Shown here: positions 12,294 through 24,100 of the stretch, in pieces
Position numbering within the stretch: the first letter of the stretch is position 1
How the letters are laid out: every line of letters starts with the position of its first letter
Source: Cyanophora paradoxa CCMP329
Taxonomy: Eukaryota > Plantae > Glaucophyta
Reading direction: 5' to 3'
DNA: 64,000 nucleotides
NCBI GenBank assembly: GCA_004431415.1
Contig: QPMI01000449.1
Coordinates: 62,001-126,000, forward strand
Notes under the pieces: generated by a model
Databases searched by the model: none
What the model was told of the DNA's origin: nothing
Seen by the model: the letters and a program-made list of their open reading frames with translations, nothing else
Position numbers and translations under genes: made by a program

Positions 12294-14509
12294 GGAAGGG
12301 AGGGGGGTACGGAAAATTTGCGGTAGCGCGACGATTACGGCAGCGCGGCGGGCCAGGCTTCCCACCCGTGGGTGCCTGATAACGCCGCGTGTCAAGCTGC
12401 TCGGAAAGTCGCGCGCCAGCTCCACCCGACCCCCGTAGACCGACAACGCCAGCCAGCCCAGCCGAGCGCGAGCCGACAGCCGACGCGGGCACCTTACCGT
12501 CCAGCATCACTGCCGAAGCCGACAGCCCGCCCCCGGAGCGACGTGGAGCCCCGCCGACCTCGCCATGACGCCGACGCTTTTTGAATATCAAGGACCTTGC
12601 CCGCGCCCCGCGCGGGACATACGGATAGCGCGCTGCCACCCTAGATCTTCCGCATAGCGTCGCAGTCCTAAAGCGTGCGAGCGACCACCTCGACTTCGCC
12701 CGAGCTCCCGCCATCGCCGCCCGGCCACCCACACGCCGCCCGCCGCATAGCCGATGCCCGATGACCGCCAGCTCTCTAAGATGACGCACCCGCCGTCGAC
12801 GTCGCGCGCCGCCGCCACTAGTACTGTCCCTCGAATGCCGCCGTCATGCTGCAGGCGCCGCGCGCGCCGCCCCATCCTTACAGAACGTGCTCGCACGCCT
12901 GCAGATCTCGACCTGCATCTTGACCTCTCTCCTCCGCCTCGAGCTCGCCGCGCGACGGGGCCGTCGGCGCCGTCCGATGTACAACTACGGCGGGGTGCGC
13001 CCACGCCCAACTCCCTAGCGCCCCGCGCCGGTCCCTCCCCCGCCCAGAGCCCAGGCCCCGCGGGCCCACGCCCCCGCCCCCTCTCCCCCGGCCTGGGCCC
13101 AAAGGGCGCCCACCCGGACTCCTCCTCCCCGAGGCCGGTACAGAGACGTGTACGCTCGGTCCCCCCCCCCCCCCCCCCCCCCCGGGGCCAGACGAGGCTC
13201 GCCCAGACCCGGCCTCCAAACCGGCCCCTGCCGCCGGTGCCAGCGCCCCGCCCCCGCCCCCCGGCTCCAGCGCCCGCCCCCGCCCTCCGGCTCCAGCGCC
13301 CCGCCCCCGCCCCCGGCTCCAGCGCCCCGCCCCGCCCTCCGGCTCCAGCGCCCCGCCCCGCCCTCCGGCTCCAGCGCCCCGCCCCGCCCCCGGCTCCAGC
13401 GCCCCGCCCCCGCCCTCCGGCTCCAGCGCCCCGCCCCACCCTCCGGCTCCAGCGCCCCGCCCCGCCCTCCGGCTCCAGCGCCCCGCCCCCCCCCCGGCTC
13501 CAGCGCCCCGCCCCGCCCCCCGGCTCCAGCGCCCCGCCCCCGCCCCCCCGGCTCCAGCGCCCCGCCCCACCCTCCGGCTCCAGTGCTCCGCCCCCGCCCT
13601 CCGGCTCCAGCGCCCCGCCCCGCCCTCCGGCTCCAGCGCCCCGCCCCCCCCCTCCGGCTCCAGCGCCCCGTCCCCGCCCTCCGGCCCCCCAGCGCCCCGC
13701 CCCCGCCCTCCGGCTCCAGCGCCCCGCCCCGCCCCCGGCTCCAGCGCCCGCCCCCGCCCCCCGGCTCCAGCGCCCCGCCCCCACCCTCCGGCTCCAGTGC
13801 TCCGCCCCCGCCCTCCGGCTCCAGCGCCCCGCCCCGCCCTCCGGCTCCAGCGCCCCGCCCCCCCCCCTCCGGCTCCAGCGCCCCGTCCCCGCCCTCCGGC
13901 CCCCCAGCGCCCGCCCCCGCCCTCCGGCTCCAGCGCCCCGCCCCCGCCCTCCGGCTCCAGCGCCCCGCCCCCCCCCCTCCGGCTCCAGCGTCCGCCCCCG
14001 CCCTCCGGCCCCCCAGCGCCCCGCCCCCGCCGCCCCCAGCGCCCCGCCCCCGCCCTCCGGCTCCAGCGCCCTGCCCCGACCCTCAGCGCCCCGCCCCGCT
14101 CCCGGCCCGTCACCCTCCCCGCCCGCCCCGCCCCCGCCCGCCCCCAGCTCCCCGACCCCAGCGCCTCACCCCGCCACCCTCCAGCGCTCCGTGTACCCCA
14201 CTCCCTGCCCAGCGCTCCGCGTACTCCGTGTCCCCCTCCCTACGCCTCGCCCCCGCCGACCCCCAGCACCCCGTGCGCCTCGCCTCCCCCCTCCCCCCCT
14301 TTTTTCCACAGGGCCAAGGACACCAACGCATCAGGCCCTCCTAAAGCTGCAGATAGATAGCTCACAGCTAGGATAAGATAGCAGGACGTCTTCCTTCTAT
14401 GCCGCAGAGCATTTGCGCTAGCCTAGGTGCCCCCCCAGTCGATGGCTGCGACGGGGCGGCTGTTGTTGATCTTAATACGAACATTGCCCGGTTGGGCTTT
14501 TGCCAAAAA
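12294..14509 (+). mobile_element. Non-autonomous non-LTR retroposon candidate (~2.2 kb) with a central GC-rich VNTR
   Basis: Flanked by an exact 15-bp direct repeat ATCTTCGAGATTCAT (12279-12293 and 14510-14524). The 3' end is ...GGGCTTTTGCC followed by a short A run abutting the second repeat. No RT or endonuclease ORF. Confidence 0.7.
13240..14070. repeat. GC-rich minisatellite, unit ~CCGGCTCCAGCGCCCCGCCCCGCCCT (~24-28 bp, roughly 30 copies)
   Basis: Tandem reiteration of ccggctccagcgccccgcccc with variable C-run length; the long Pro- or Gly-rich ORFs here are artefacts of the repeat. Confidence 0.95.
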
Positions 14510-16875
14510 ATCTTCGAGATTCATATGCATTGTAAATCTGAACGAGTTCGTTTCAGAGGTTTTAACGGAGTTGCAAACTTGCAATTGCAACTTGCAACTT
14601 GCAAGTCCGACCTCCCGGAGTAGGGGTGCGGCTTGCCGGCCAAAAAGTCGGCTTAAGCCAAGCCAAGCCCCGGGATCTCGCGGTCAAGCCAAGCCAAGCC
14701 GGTCGACCGGCCGGCCCAAGGGCTTGGGCTCCCGGCGGGGTCAAGCCCTTGGCCGGGCTTGCGGCAAGCCTGAGGGGGGGTACCGTTTCGAAAGCCATTC
14801 GCACCGCAGCGAAATGCTTATATTTAGCTTCGAATTCACAAAGAAACGCATGTACATATACTCTTATCATCTTTTGCGCAATTGTAATTATAACGAGAAC
14901 GCGCGGCCGCGGCCGGCCGCGCGCGGCCGTGCCGCGCCGCGGCACGCGGACGGGCCGCGGCCGCGCGCGCGAGGGGTACCGGTACCGGTATACGTACTTA
15001 TACGCACGTGTGCGCGCGCGCGTCTGTTAATGCACGTTGCCGTCGCAGGCTTATAGCTTAAGCTTCTTATCAGCTTCGATTCGAATGCGCTGCAGGCGCG
15101 CAGCTGCGTCCGGCACCCCCCTCCGACGCCCTCCCCCCTCCCCCTCCAGGGCTTGAGCCGGCTTGAGCCAGTCGGCCTTGGGGGAGAGCGCAGGCACGCT
15201 GTGTCTGCGCACCATCAGCTGATGGGTCGGCGCTGCGCAGTGGCGCGGGGCGGGGCGACCGGCGGCGCTGCTGCGGGCGGACCATCAGATGCTGGTTTCC
15301 ATGGAACTGCGCGACGGCGACCGTCGAGGCGAGCGCAGAGGCCTTCAAACGACAGAGTGCGCACCAAAGGATGCGTAGGCTTCACGCGGAGGCAGCTGGG
15401 CGGCGCTGGAGCCCAGGGCGGCAAGAATGGTCAAGCCGACCTGTGGGTGGTGCTTCGCAGAGCGGGACAACGGCGCCGATCTGTGGGCCGCGACCGAGAC
15501 TGCAGCTTACAGGCGCAACCAAGCTTCGAAAGCGCCAAGCTTCAGGCGCGTAGGGGAGGGAGCAGAGAAGGCGATTCCGCTGGGGTACCCCCTTGCGGGC
15601 GATGCGCGCCGGTTCGCGTGACTCTACGAAGCGCCGTGTTCGCGCCGGTTGGGCAGAGCTAGCCGAGCCGGGGACCGGCCTCCCCGTCGGCTTGCTGGCC
15701 GGGCCGGCCCCCTAGATTTTCGAATATATATTTTCACCACCTGTCTCCAAATTTCGTGCACTTTTTACGCCTCTTTTTAACCTTTTTAGAGAAATATCCA
15801 AACTCGACGACCCATTCAGGCGACCAATCAAATCGTACCTCAAATAGGGGTACGGAGTAATACGCGCTGATTTTCGTTGTAAGACTGTTTCACCCGCTGG
15901 GCTCCGGTCCTCCGGAGTCCGGAGTCGACGTCCGGACTCCGGAGGCTCCGGTGACTCGGCGGTGACTCGCCGGTGAGTCGGTGACGCCCGGTCCAAGTTG
16001 GCTCCAAGCCTCCAACTCCGAGGCCAACTTTGGCAACTCTGGCGCCGGCCGGGCCAGTGGCCATCATGGGCCGATTCATGGCATGGGCAGCGATGGGCTC
16101 CGTTGTTCAACGGTTGTTGAAGACGTCCGTTCGCGACTCCGATTGCAATCATTGAATTGCAATTGCAATTGCAATCGCGATCGCGAGACTCCGGCCCAGT
16201 CTCCGGCCCAGACTCCGGGCCGGCCGCCGACGTCGCTCCGAGCTCGAGCCTCCGGATCCGCGGCCGACCGTCGGACTCGCGGCCGCGGAGAGCCGGCGGA
16301 GGCGGCGGCCTGCCAGTGGCGGCCGGACCGACGTCGACGTCCGGCCCGGCGGATCGGACCGTTTTGGACCGTATTGGACGGCGCGCGACTGGGCGACGGT
16401 ACTGCCAGGCTGGTAGCCTCAGGCCCTCAGCCTACTAGCCTGGCACCGCGGCCGGTTGACGAGTCGACGACGACGTCGACACTGACTCGACAGTCGAGTC
16501 TGAGTCGACTCGACGACGAGAGTCACGAGACGACGATGACTACGTATACTGGATATCGATGATCTCTGGATCGATGGAGTCTCATCATGGAGAGCTAGAA
16601 ATATTTAGTGGGCTGTATATTTATATATAGTACATATAATGTTAAATGTACGTTTTGTATGGGCGATCTACTAAATATTTCCCAACTGCTAAAGCCGAGA
16701 ATTTGTAGGGGTAGTCCCGCCGGGCCGTCTCCGCCATACAATTGCAAAATTTTAAAACCCCGCCGGCCCGGCCGGGCCGGCCCCCGCGAAGACTGACCTA
16801 CTAAAGATCTACCAGCTAAAAGTGGCAGTTTTAGCGAAGTTCTGATATTTTTCTGTACTAAATTAACTAGTTCTA

Positions 16876-17602
16876 CAGTAGTCGACGGACCCGGGAAGGC
16901 CTCGGATCCGGAAGGCCCGACAGAATAAGTTGGTGGCCTTCGGCCAAAAGTTCGGCGCAACCCGTTGTGGCTTGAGCTGTGAGCTTAAGCTTGAGCCACG
17001 AAGCTTGATGGGCTCGGCGTTGAGCTTGAGCTAAAGCTCAACGAGCTTCAATCGGAGCTTGAGCTAAAGCTCAACGAGCTTGAGCTATAGCTTAACGAGC
17101 TTGAGCTATAGCTCAACGAGCTTGAACGAGCTTGATCATCCAGCTGCGGCTTGAGCTTTAGTTAGTTCCGAGTTGAGTTTAGTACTGTACCCACCTTGTA
17201 TCACCCTGTACCCCACCCTCGCGATCGATGTCCGCGCTCCTCTCCTGGCGCGTGGGGGCGACTTTGATGATGTTGCCCATCAACTACATCCTCATTGGAC
17301 TCGCGAACATCGATATCGGAGTCCCCCGCTCTTCTGTATTGGGCGTCGTGTTGAGCGACACATTCGCGATCAGATTGGACTATGTGAGCATGCTGTTTTT
17401 GGAGCCGGAATCGCATTTCGACGGCGTCTTTTCAACTTCTGAGAAAAACGTCTGGAGATATGAGTCTTCTTCACCTTTTTAGCGTCTTTGCGGGGCGTGC
17501 GATACGTTCTTTGTGCAGCGAGACGTACGAACAGAAATTTGTATGAGAGCCAGGAACTTAGAATCAATTAACGGCTTGCGCCGAAAAAGCCGTCGGGTAC
17601 TG
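16876..17602. mobile_element. MITE / non-autonomous Tc1-mariner-type element candidate (~730 bp)
   Basis: TA|CAGTAGTCGACGG ... CCGTCGGGTACTG|TA forms an 11/13 inverted match with TA on both sides. A second inverted pair, TTCGGCGCAACCCGTT (16951-16966) and AACGGCTTGCGCCGAA (17570-17585), matches 15/16. Confidence 0.55.
17022..17133. repeat. Degenerate tandem repeat of a 21-bp unit GAGCTTGAGCTA(A/T)AGCTCAAC
   Basis: About 4-5 adjacent copies built from AGCT palindromes. Confidence 0.8.
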
Positions 17603-18191
17603 TAAAGGCTGCCTGGCTTCCCCTAGGCGTCGGCTTCCTAGGCTCCTAGCTATATAGGAATCCTAGCCCTCAGCTGCCTGCACTGTGCACTGCACTGCAG
17701 CAGCGACGCAGCGGCCGGGCGGCAGCCTGAGGCCCTGAGCACTCAGGCACTGCAGCAGCGTTTGGGACGTAGCCTCGCGCCACAGCCACAGCGCAGCGCG
17801 CCGCAGGCTAAGTTGCAGGCTTGCAGCATCGCGGCCGCCCGGACCGGCCGTGGCTTCAACCGCGCGCGCGCAGCGTCGGCGGCCGGACCGGAGGCGCGGC
17901 CACCGGGGCCTGACCTATAGCTCGGCCTGCACCGCGGCCAGCATCTGGGGCCAGCTGCAGGGAGCTTGCAACTAATCAACGGAGAAGCCCATTTCCAAGC
18001 TCAAGCTTATAATTAGCTACCGGAATAGGGAATCCGGGCTGTGGGCCCCGCCTCGCCGCGGCGCCGCAGCTGCTAGCGCATATATAGCGATGGGTGATGA
18101 CATACATAATCATAGGGATTCGCGGGCGGATGCCGCAGCTACGCAGCCTGCGCATGCATGTGCAGCTGCAGCTGCAGGCTTAGGGCAGCAG

Positions 18192-21100
18192 ATGCATATG
18201 CATGCATATGCGCAGCGGATTCGGAGGCCACCCCGGGTTCGCGTAAACAAGAGCGCCAGCTCCAACGAAAGCGCTCTGCTGGCCATCGGCCTTGTGCTGC
18301 TTTGCTGCAGGCTGCAGGCAACGGCGGCTCAGTCAATCACCTTCACCTCGCCCTCCATCTCTCTCAATGGCTCCGCCACCGCGCCTACCGCTCGTATGAC
18401 ACAGGTGCGAATCATTGAATCTCTTTCCATCTTTCCAAGAGGTTGCAACTGATCATGAGCTGCGGCTGGCGCAAGCTTTAATTTTTATAAGCTTCAGCTT
18501 AAGCCAGCTAGCTATAGACGCGAAGCTATCAGTAACTCGCTTGGTGCTCAGGGCGTCTCCATCGGAAGCACCCTGTATGTGATGGGAGGCCGATGCAACA
18601 ACGCCGGATCTCTTGGGACATGCTCAGACCCGTACTGGTCCTTCACGTGCAACACCAGCACCGGTGCGCTGCGCTGATGCAGCTCAGATCAAACACCGGT
18701 ACCGCAAGCCAATGCGCCGGCGCCGCGCAGATTGCAGCGCAATGACGGCGACGAAGCTCACCTTCACCGGCGGTTCGTCGGAAATCGAGAGGAGGGTGCG
18801 GCGCTCGCCGCGACGCGATTCAGCGATGCACGCAACACGGCGCCGTTGACGAGGACTGCCGCTGGCGCAGAGCAAGGCGGCGGTCGCGACGGACGGCTCC
18901 TCAACGATATGGAGTGCGCGTTGGCCGATGCTTCCCTATATATATATAGCTATATATCCGAATTCGAACAGCGCCGCGACTCAATAGCCGCCGCGTTCGT
19001 CGCAGCGCACGGTGGAACCGCGTCAGGCGTAGAGGCCGGGAACTTCGACAAATTCGGTCCGCTCCGGCCTCGGGCGTGGCCATGGGCCGCCAGCAGCCAC
19101 GCGCACGTGCGGCTGCGAGCCGACACCCCGCGGCCGCCCAGACATAAGCACGATGACGCGGACTGGCTTGACCGCAACAACCTACGCTCGCAACGCCCAT
19201 TGCATGGTCCGTCTCTAGATCTGTTAACGTTGCTGCCTTCCGGGATTCGGCGGCGCTCTGGAAAATCCATCGGCTGCCGCTCAGCTGCGCCGCAGGTGTA
19301 CTACTTGGGCGCGCTGTACGTCACCCTCGGCTGGGGGAACAGCACAAGTGCGCATTGCAATTGCACACGTCCCAGTTCGTGCCTCTCCCAACGTGTAACT
19401 CTCGTGCGCATGCGCTGCAGAGAGCAGCTCCGGCGGGTTCCAGAACGGTGCGCACGGCCGCGGAGCGCAGCGTCTCGCGCTTTCTGTCCTCTCGAGCTCA
19501 TCCAAACCGAGCAGACTTGTGGAAGTACACCATCTCTACCCAGACGTGGAACTACGCGCTGATCGAGACGGACTTTAGTCGCACTGCGCCGCGCCCGAAG
19601 GAGGGCGCCGTGTGCGCGGTGTTCGGCTCCGTCCTGTACACGTGGGGGTGAGCCTAGCCTCTAGATTTCGAAGGCCCCGGCCCCGTCTTGCGCTCGGCAC
19701 CAGTAAGTATATATATCTGACAAGCACTTTACAGCGGCCAGTTCGTCAGCCATGCATGGTCTTTTGCAACCGATAACACCCTTGCGTGCGCTGTGCACGT
19801 GTCTCCTTGCTTCTTTGTGTGTGCATCTGACGACGTTTTCGGTCGCAAGAACGGTTGATTTGAGCGCCTCTTCCCCCGCGTGGACGCTTGTCGCCACGCC
19901 CGCCGTCGCCCCGTCTGCGGCGGCCTTTGCATGGTGCTTATAATTAGGGCCCGAGAACCTCTTTAGAACTTTCCCAGCCCGATTGAAACCTGACAAGGGC
20001 TTGTCACTTTGTCGTCTACTCATGATCAGGAGCTGGGTGCGCAGCTTGCCCCAGTACCTCCTTCCCCTGCAATTTCGAATTTGCGCTAACGTTACCTACC
20101 GTGCCATGGATCGCAGGCGATATCTGCAAGCACGCTGGTACGCTCCGGGATCTCACAGCTGAAGCTTTGGCTCGCTCTTCAATTTGCGTTGCTGCTGAGA
20201 GCTCGTTTGTTTCGCCAGATCGTGGCATGGGGACAGGAGTCTTGGGCTCTGTCAACCAGTGCGCCCATATGCATTTCGTCCACGCTGCTCGTTCATGTCG
20301 ACTCTCCCCTCAGACTGCGTGTCGGAGGGCAAACACTGGGTCCGGCTGGCGGCATCGGGGGCACCCACCAGCTTCAGTGCGCCCTGCGTGCATGGGGACC
20401 CGCTGCTGTCACCGCGACGTCGACGTCTGACCCGTGCCGATTTTGCTTCGGCAGTGGGGGCGAATGCCCAGCGCTTACAGAGCGGCCCGGCTGGGATACT
20501 CTTTGGGGGTACGACCAGCGAGAATTCGGCGACGAGCGCCTTGGCCGCTTCCTACTCCGCAACCGGTGCAGAATTCGAACTTGCCCCTGATCGCGAGTGC
20601 ACGGGGCCATCGCCTTGCAATTGCTTGGAATCTGATCGCGAGGGTCACTGCGCCTCGCGCGGCGCGCAGTGACGGGGTACACGGAGACGTGCTCGGGCTC
20701 GCTCCCCGCGCTCGGGTTCAACTCTCGCACTGCTGCGCTCTCCGGCTCCAGCACGGCGCCTTCCGCTCGCGAGACTCAGGCACGGTTCTCGCGAGCTCGT
20801 GCATGCGTATATACGATCATGAGCACAAGTCTTTAAAATTGATGATCGCGCCTCGCTGATCCAGCCCTTCTCGCGTAGGGTGTCGGGATCGGAAGCACTT
20901 TCTACGTGATGGGAGGTCGATGCAACAACGCCGGAGTAATCGGGACCTGCACAGACCCGTTCTGGTCCTTCACGTGCAACACGGGTTCGCTGTGCCGACG
21001 CGGCTAAGACATCTCAAACACCGCAGGCCGATGCGCCGGCGCCGCGCAGATTGCAGCGCCTTGACGGGGACAAAGCTCAACTTCACTGGTGGCACTTCAG

Positions 21101-24100
21101 ACATCGAAAGCACGGTGTGCCGCTCGATGGTTTTTCAGCGATCATAATTTGCACGGCGCCGTTGACAAGAAATGGCGCAGAGCAAGGCGGCGGTCGCGAC
21201 AGACGGCTCCTCAACAATATGGAGTGCGCGTTGGCCGACGCTTCCCTGTCCGACAGCGGCGCATCTCAGACGCCGCCGCGTTCGCCGCAGCGCACGGCGG
21301 ATTTAAATCGACGGAGACCGCGAACTTTGATACCTTCGGTCCGCACATATATATGCATCTCGCGATCGGGCCGCCGGTCGCCGCGGAACCGAGCTGACCT
21401 CTTGATAGCCGTGAACGCTACGACGGTGGTGCGGACAGGCCTAACTGCAACGACGTATGTTCGCAACTCGCACTGCATGGTCCGGCTTTGCAGCTGCCTC
21501 CCGACCCCGCACGCCATTTGCTTCCGCCGACTCAGTGAGCGGCGCGCAGGTGTACTACTCGGGCGTGTTATATGTCGCCCTCGGATTCGGGACCAGCACG
21601 AGTACGGGGACCCGCCCCGCATGTGAACCATTGCGATTGCGTGTTCGCACATGCTGAACACCACATTTCTTTGCGCTACAGAGAGTGCCTCCAACGCGTT
21701 CCAGAACGGTACGCATGCTTGGCAGCGCTAGCTGCAGCGCCAGTTGCCGTGCACTCTTTGCCCTCTAACGATCATCCAAACCGAGCAGACCTGTGGAAGT
21801 ACAACGTGACCTCTCAAGTGTGGAACTACGCGCTGATCGAGACGGACTTTAGTCACACTGCGCCGCGCCCGAAGGAGGGCGCCGTGTGCGCGCTGTTCGG
21901 CTCTGTCCTGTACACGTGGGGGTGTGCATCCAGCTCTTGAAATTCAATCAATACATCTCTGTGCTTTAAATTTTCTGATGAGACTGTGCTGAAATGCCAC
22001 GTTAGGGGCCGATACAAGGTCACCGGATCTTCTTTGTACTCGTACGACGCAACCTTAGCGTGCGTTAACGTTGTGTCCTTCTGAATTCATTCCGTGTGTC
22101 AAACTGACTTGCGAGACGCCAGAACGGTCGATCTGAGCGCCTCTTCCCCCTCATGGACTGGCATCGCCACGCCCGCCGTCGCCCCGTCTGCGGCAGCCTA
22201 CGCGCGGTGAGCGTGGCCACGGCAACGCTTTGAAACTTTCCCAGCCTAGCCGAAACACTAACGCGAGATCGCCGTGCTGACCTTTCCGTCATTGCAGGAG
22301 CTGGGTGCGCAGCTCGCCCTGGTCCTGCCCGCCCGCGCTTTAATTTTCCGAATTCTCTCGTACACTTACTTTGCCTACCATACGGCGGAGCGCAGGCAAT
22401 TTCCGCAAGCACGCTGGTGGGCTCCCGTGGCTCAAGCTTTCGCTCAATCTTCTTACTTTAATTCGCGCTGATCACAAGGAATTGTTCGGTTTAATAGATT
22501 GTGGCGTTCGAGAGTGAGTCTTGGGCTCTGTCGACCAGTGCGCCCATTGTACTCTTAGTGCTCAAGGGGTGCCACTAGCGCTGGCCAATACTGAGGTCGA
22601 CCGCGCTCACACAGACTGCGTGTCGGAGGGCAAGCACTGGGTCCGGCTGACGGCGGCGGGGACCCCCAACACGATCAGTGCGCCTTGCCCGGACTCGCTG
22701 CTTTCACCCTGGCGTTGACTTGCATGCTTCCTGTGTTTCGCAGTGGGGGCGCAGGGATCTGTCTCTGTAACGGTTTCCCCTTCTCTCATCGTCTCCGCTG
22801 GGGTGCTTTTTGGGGGTACCACCCGCGAGAACTATCCGGCGAACGCCTCCGCTTCTTTCTATTACACGACCGGTGCGGCTTATGCCGACCAGTAGCTTTT
22901 GCCCGAATATATCCTGACTACGGGTACGGTCCGTGCTGCTTGTGGAATGCGCAGTGTCGGGGTACACAGAGACATGCGCCCCGTCGCTCTCTCTCTCGTC
23001 CAAACCGACTTCCGCCAGGCCGTCGTCGAGCCGTGCTTCACAGGTACGTTACTCTAGCTATATAGCTATATATAGCTTCGGCTATCGCAATTGAATATGC
23101 GATAGCCAAACCGTGGCTGACGTGGTCTGCGCATGCAGAGCATCACTCTCGGCGATGCAGTCTACATGATCGGAGGAGATTGCGGCGGCTCCGTCTGCTC
23201 TGACCCGTACTGGTCCTTCTCGTGCACGTCTGGTGCGCATTTGTGCGCGAGCGGTCGGCCGATTGCACGGACCGACACCATGTTGCGTTTTACAGGCTGC
23301 ACCTCCATCAACGCCACGCAGCTGACGTTCACTGGATCCGGAGGCACGTCGGACGTCGCCAAGAGGGTGCGGCGCCCGTGTCTCATTGGTTCTTGCAGTG
23401 ATTTGCACGTGCACGGTGCTTTTGACGAGAAGTGGCGCAGGGCAAGGCGGGCATTGCAACCGACGGGGTGAAGATGATATGGAGTGCGCAGACGCCACGG
23501 CTGCGCCTTGCATATATATATACAGGCGCTGCGCATGCTGCTCATTATCTGCTGCTGCTCAGCACACGGCGGAATTGTAGGCAATGACGAGGGAAAGCAG
23601 CTCGATAGCTTTGGTGCGCGGCCACCACAGGCGCCTCGCAGCTGCAGGATTGAGGGATTCGGAGCATAAACTTCCGGCAGACGTATCGACGAAAGTATGG
23701 ACGAATCTCGGCGTGACAAACTTTACTCGCAATTCCCACTGCATGGTCGGGCTCTGCAGCTGCCTGCCGGGATTCAGCTGCGCTCCATCGGCTGCCGCTT
23801 AACGGCACCACAGGTGTATTATTCGGGCGCGTTGTACATCGCGCTCGGTTACGGCACCGGTCCCTGTGCGCCTCACCTCATAATCATCCGATTCTGAGCC
23901 CACGTCCGCAATTCTCACACTGTGGGCGCAGGGAACCCAGCTGCTGCAGACCGGTCTTGGCAGAACGGTGCGCAAAACCCATGCGACGTGCCACGTGGCT
24001 CCCCGTCTCGATTTCAGCAAATAGATCTCTGCGCTGCGTGCAGACCTCTGGAAGTACACCATCTCTACCCAGACGTGGAACTACAAGCTGATCGAGACTG

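Noticed and set aside
12350-12420. Possible HDV-like or twister ribozyme at the 5' end of the retroposon (CAGGC...CCCACCCGTGGG...GCCTG)
   Set aside because: Only a simple hairpin is evident; the required pseudoknot pairings and catalytic joining strands could not be assigned by eye.
12588-14376. Long Pro-rich or Gly-rich ORFs (398-540 aa) on both strands
   Set aside because: They arise from a stop-free GC minisatellite, are open in several frames at once, and show no domain motifs.
14621-14780. TAGGGGTG start with CCAAG/CTTGG repeats suggesting a hAT-type MITE
   Set aside because: No matching CACCCCTA right end or 8-bp TSD was found.
16598-16680. 11-bp inverted repeat AAATATTTAGT/ACTAAATATTT around an AT-rich spacer
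   Set aside because: Too short and AT-rich to call an element, with no TSD, in a genome already rich in inverted motifs.
17173-17567. Short ORFs inside the MITE candidate
   Set aside because: No transposase motifs or splice support, and composition is unlike the host genes.
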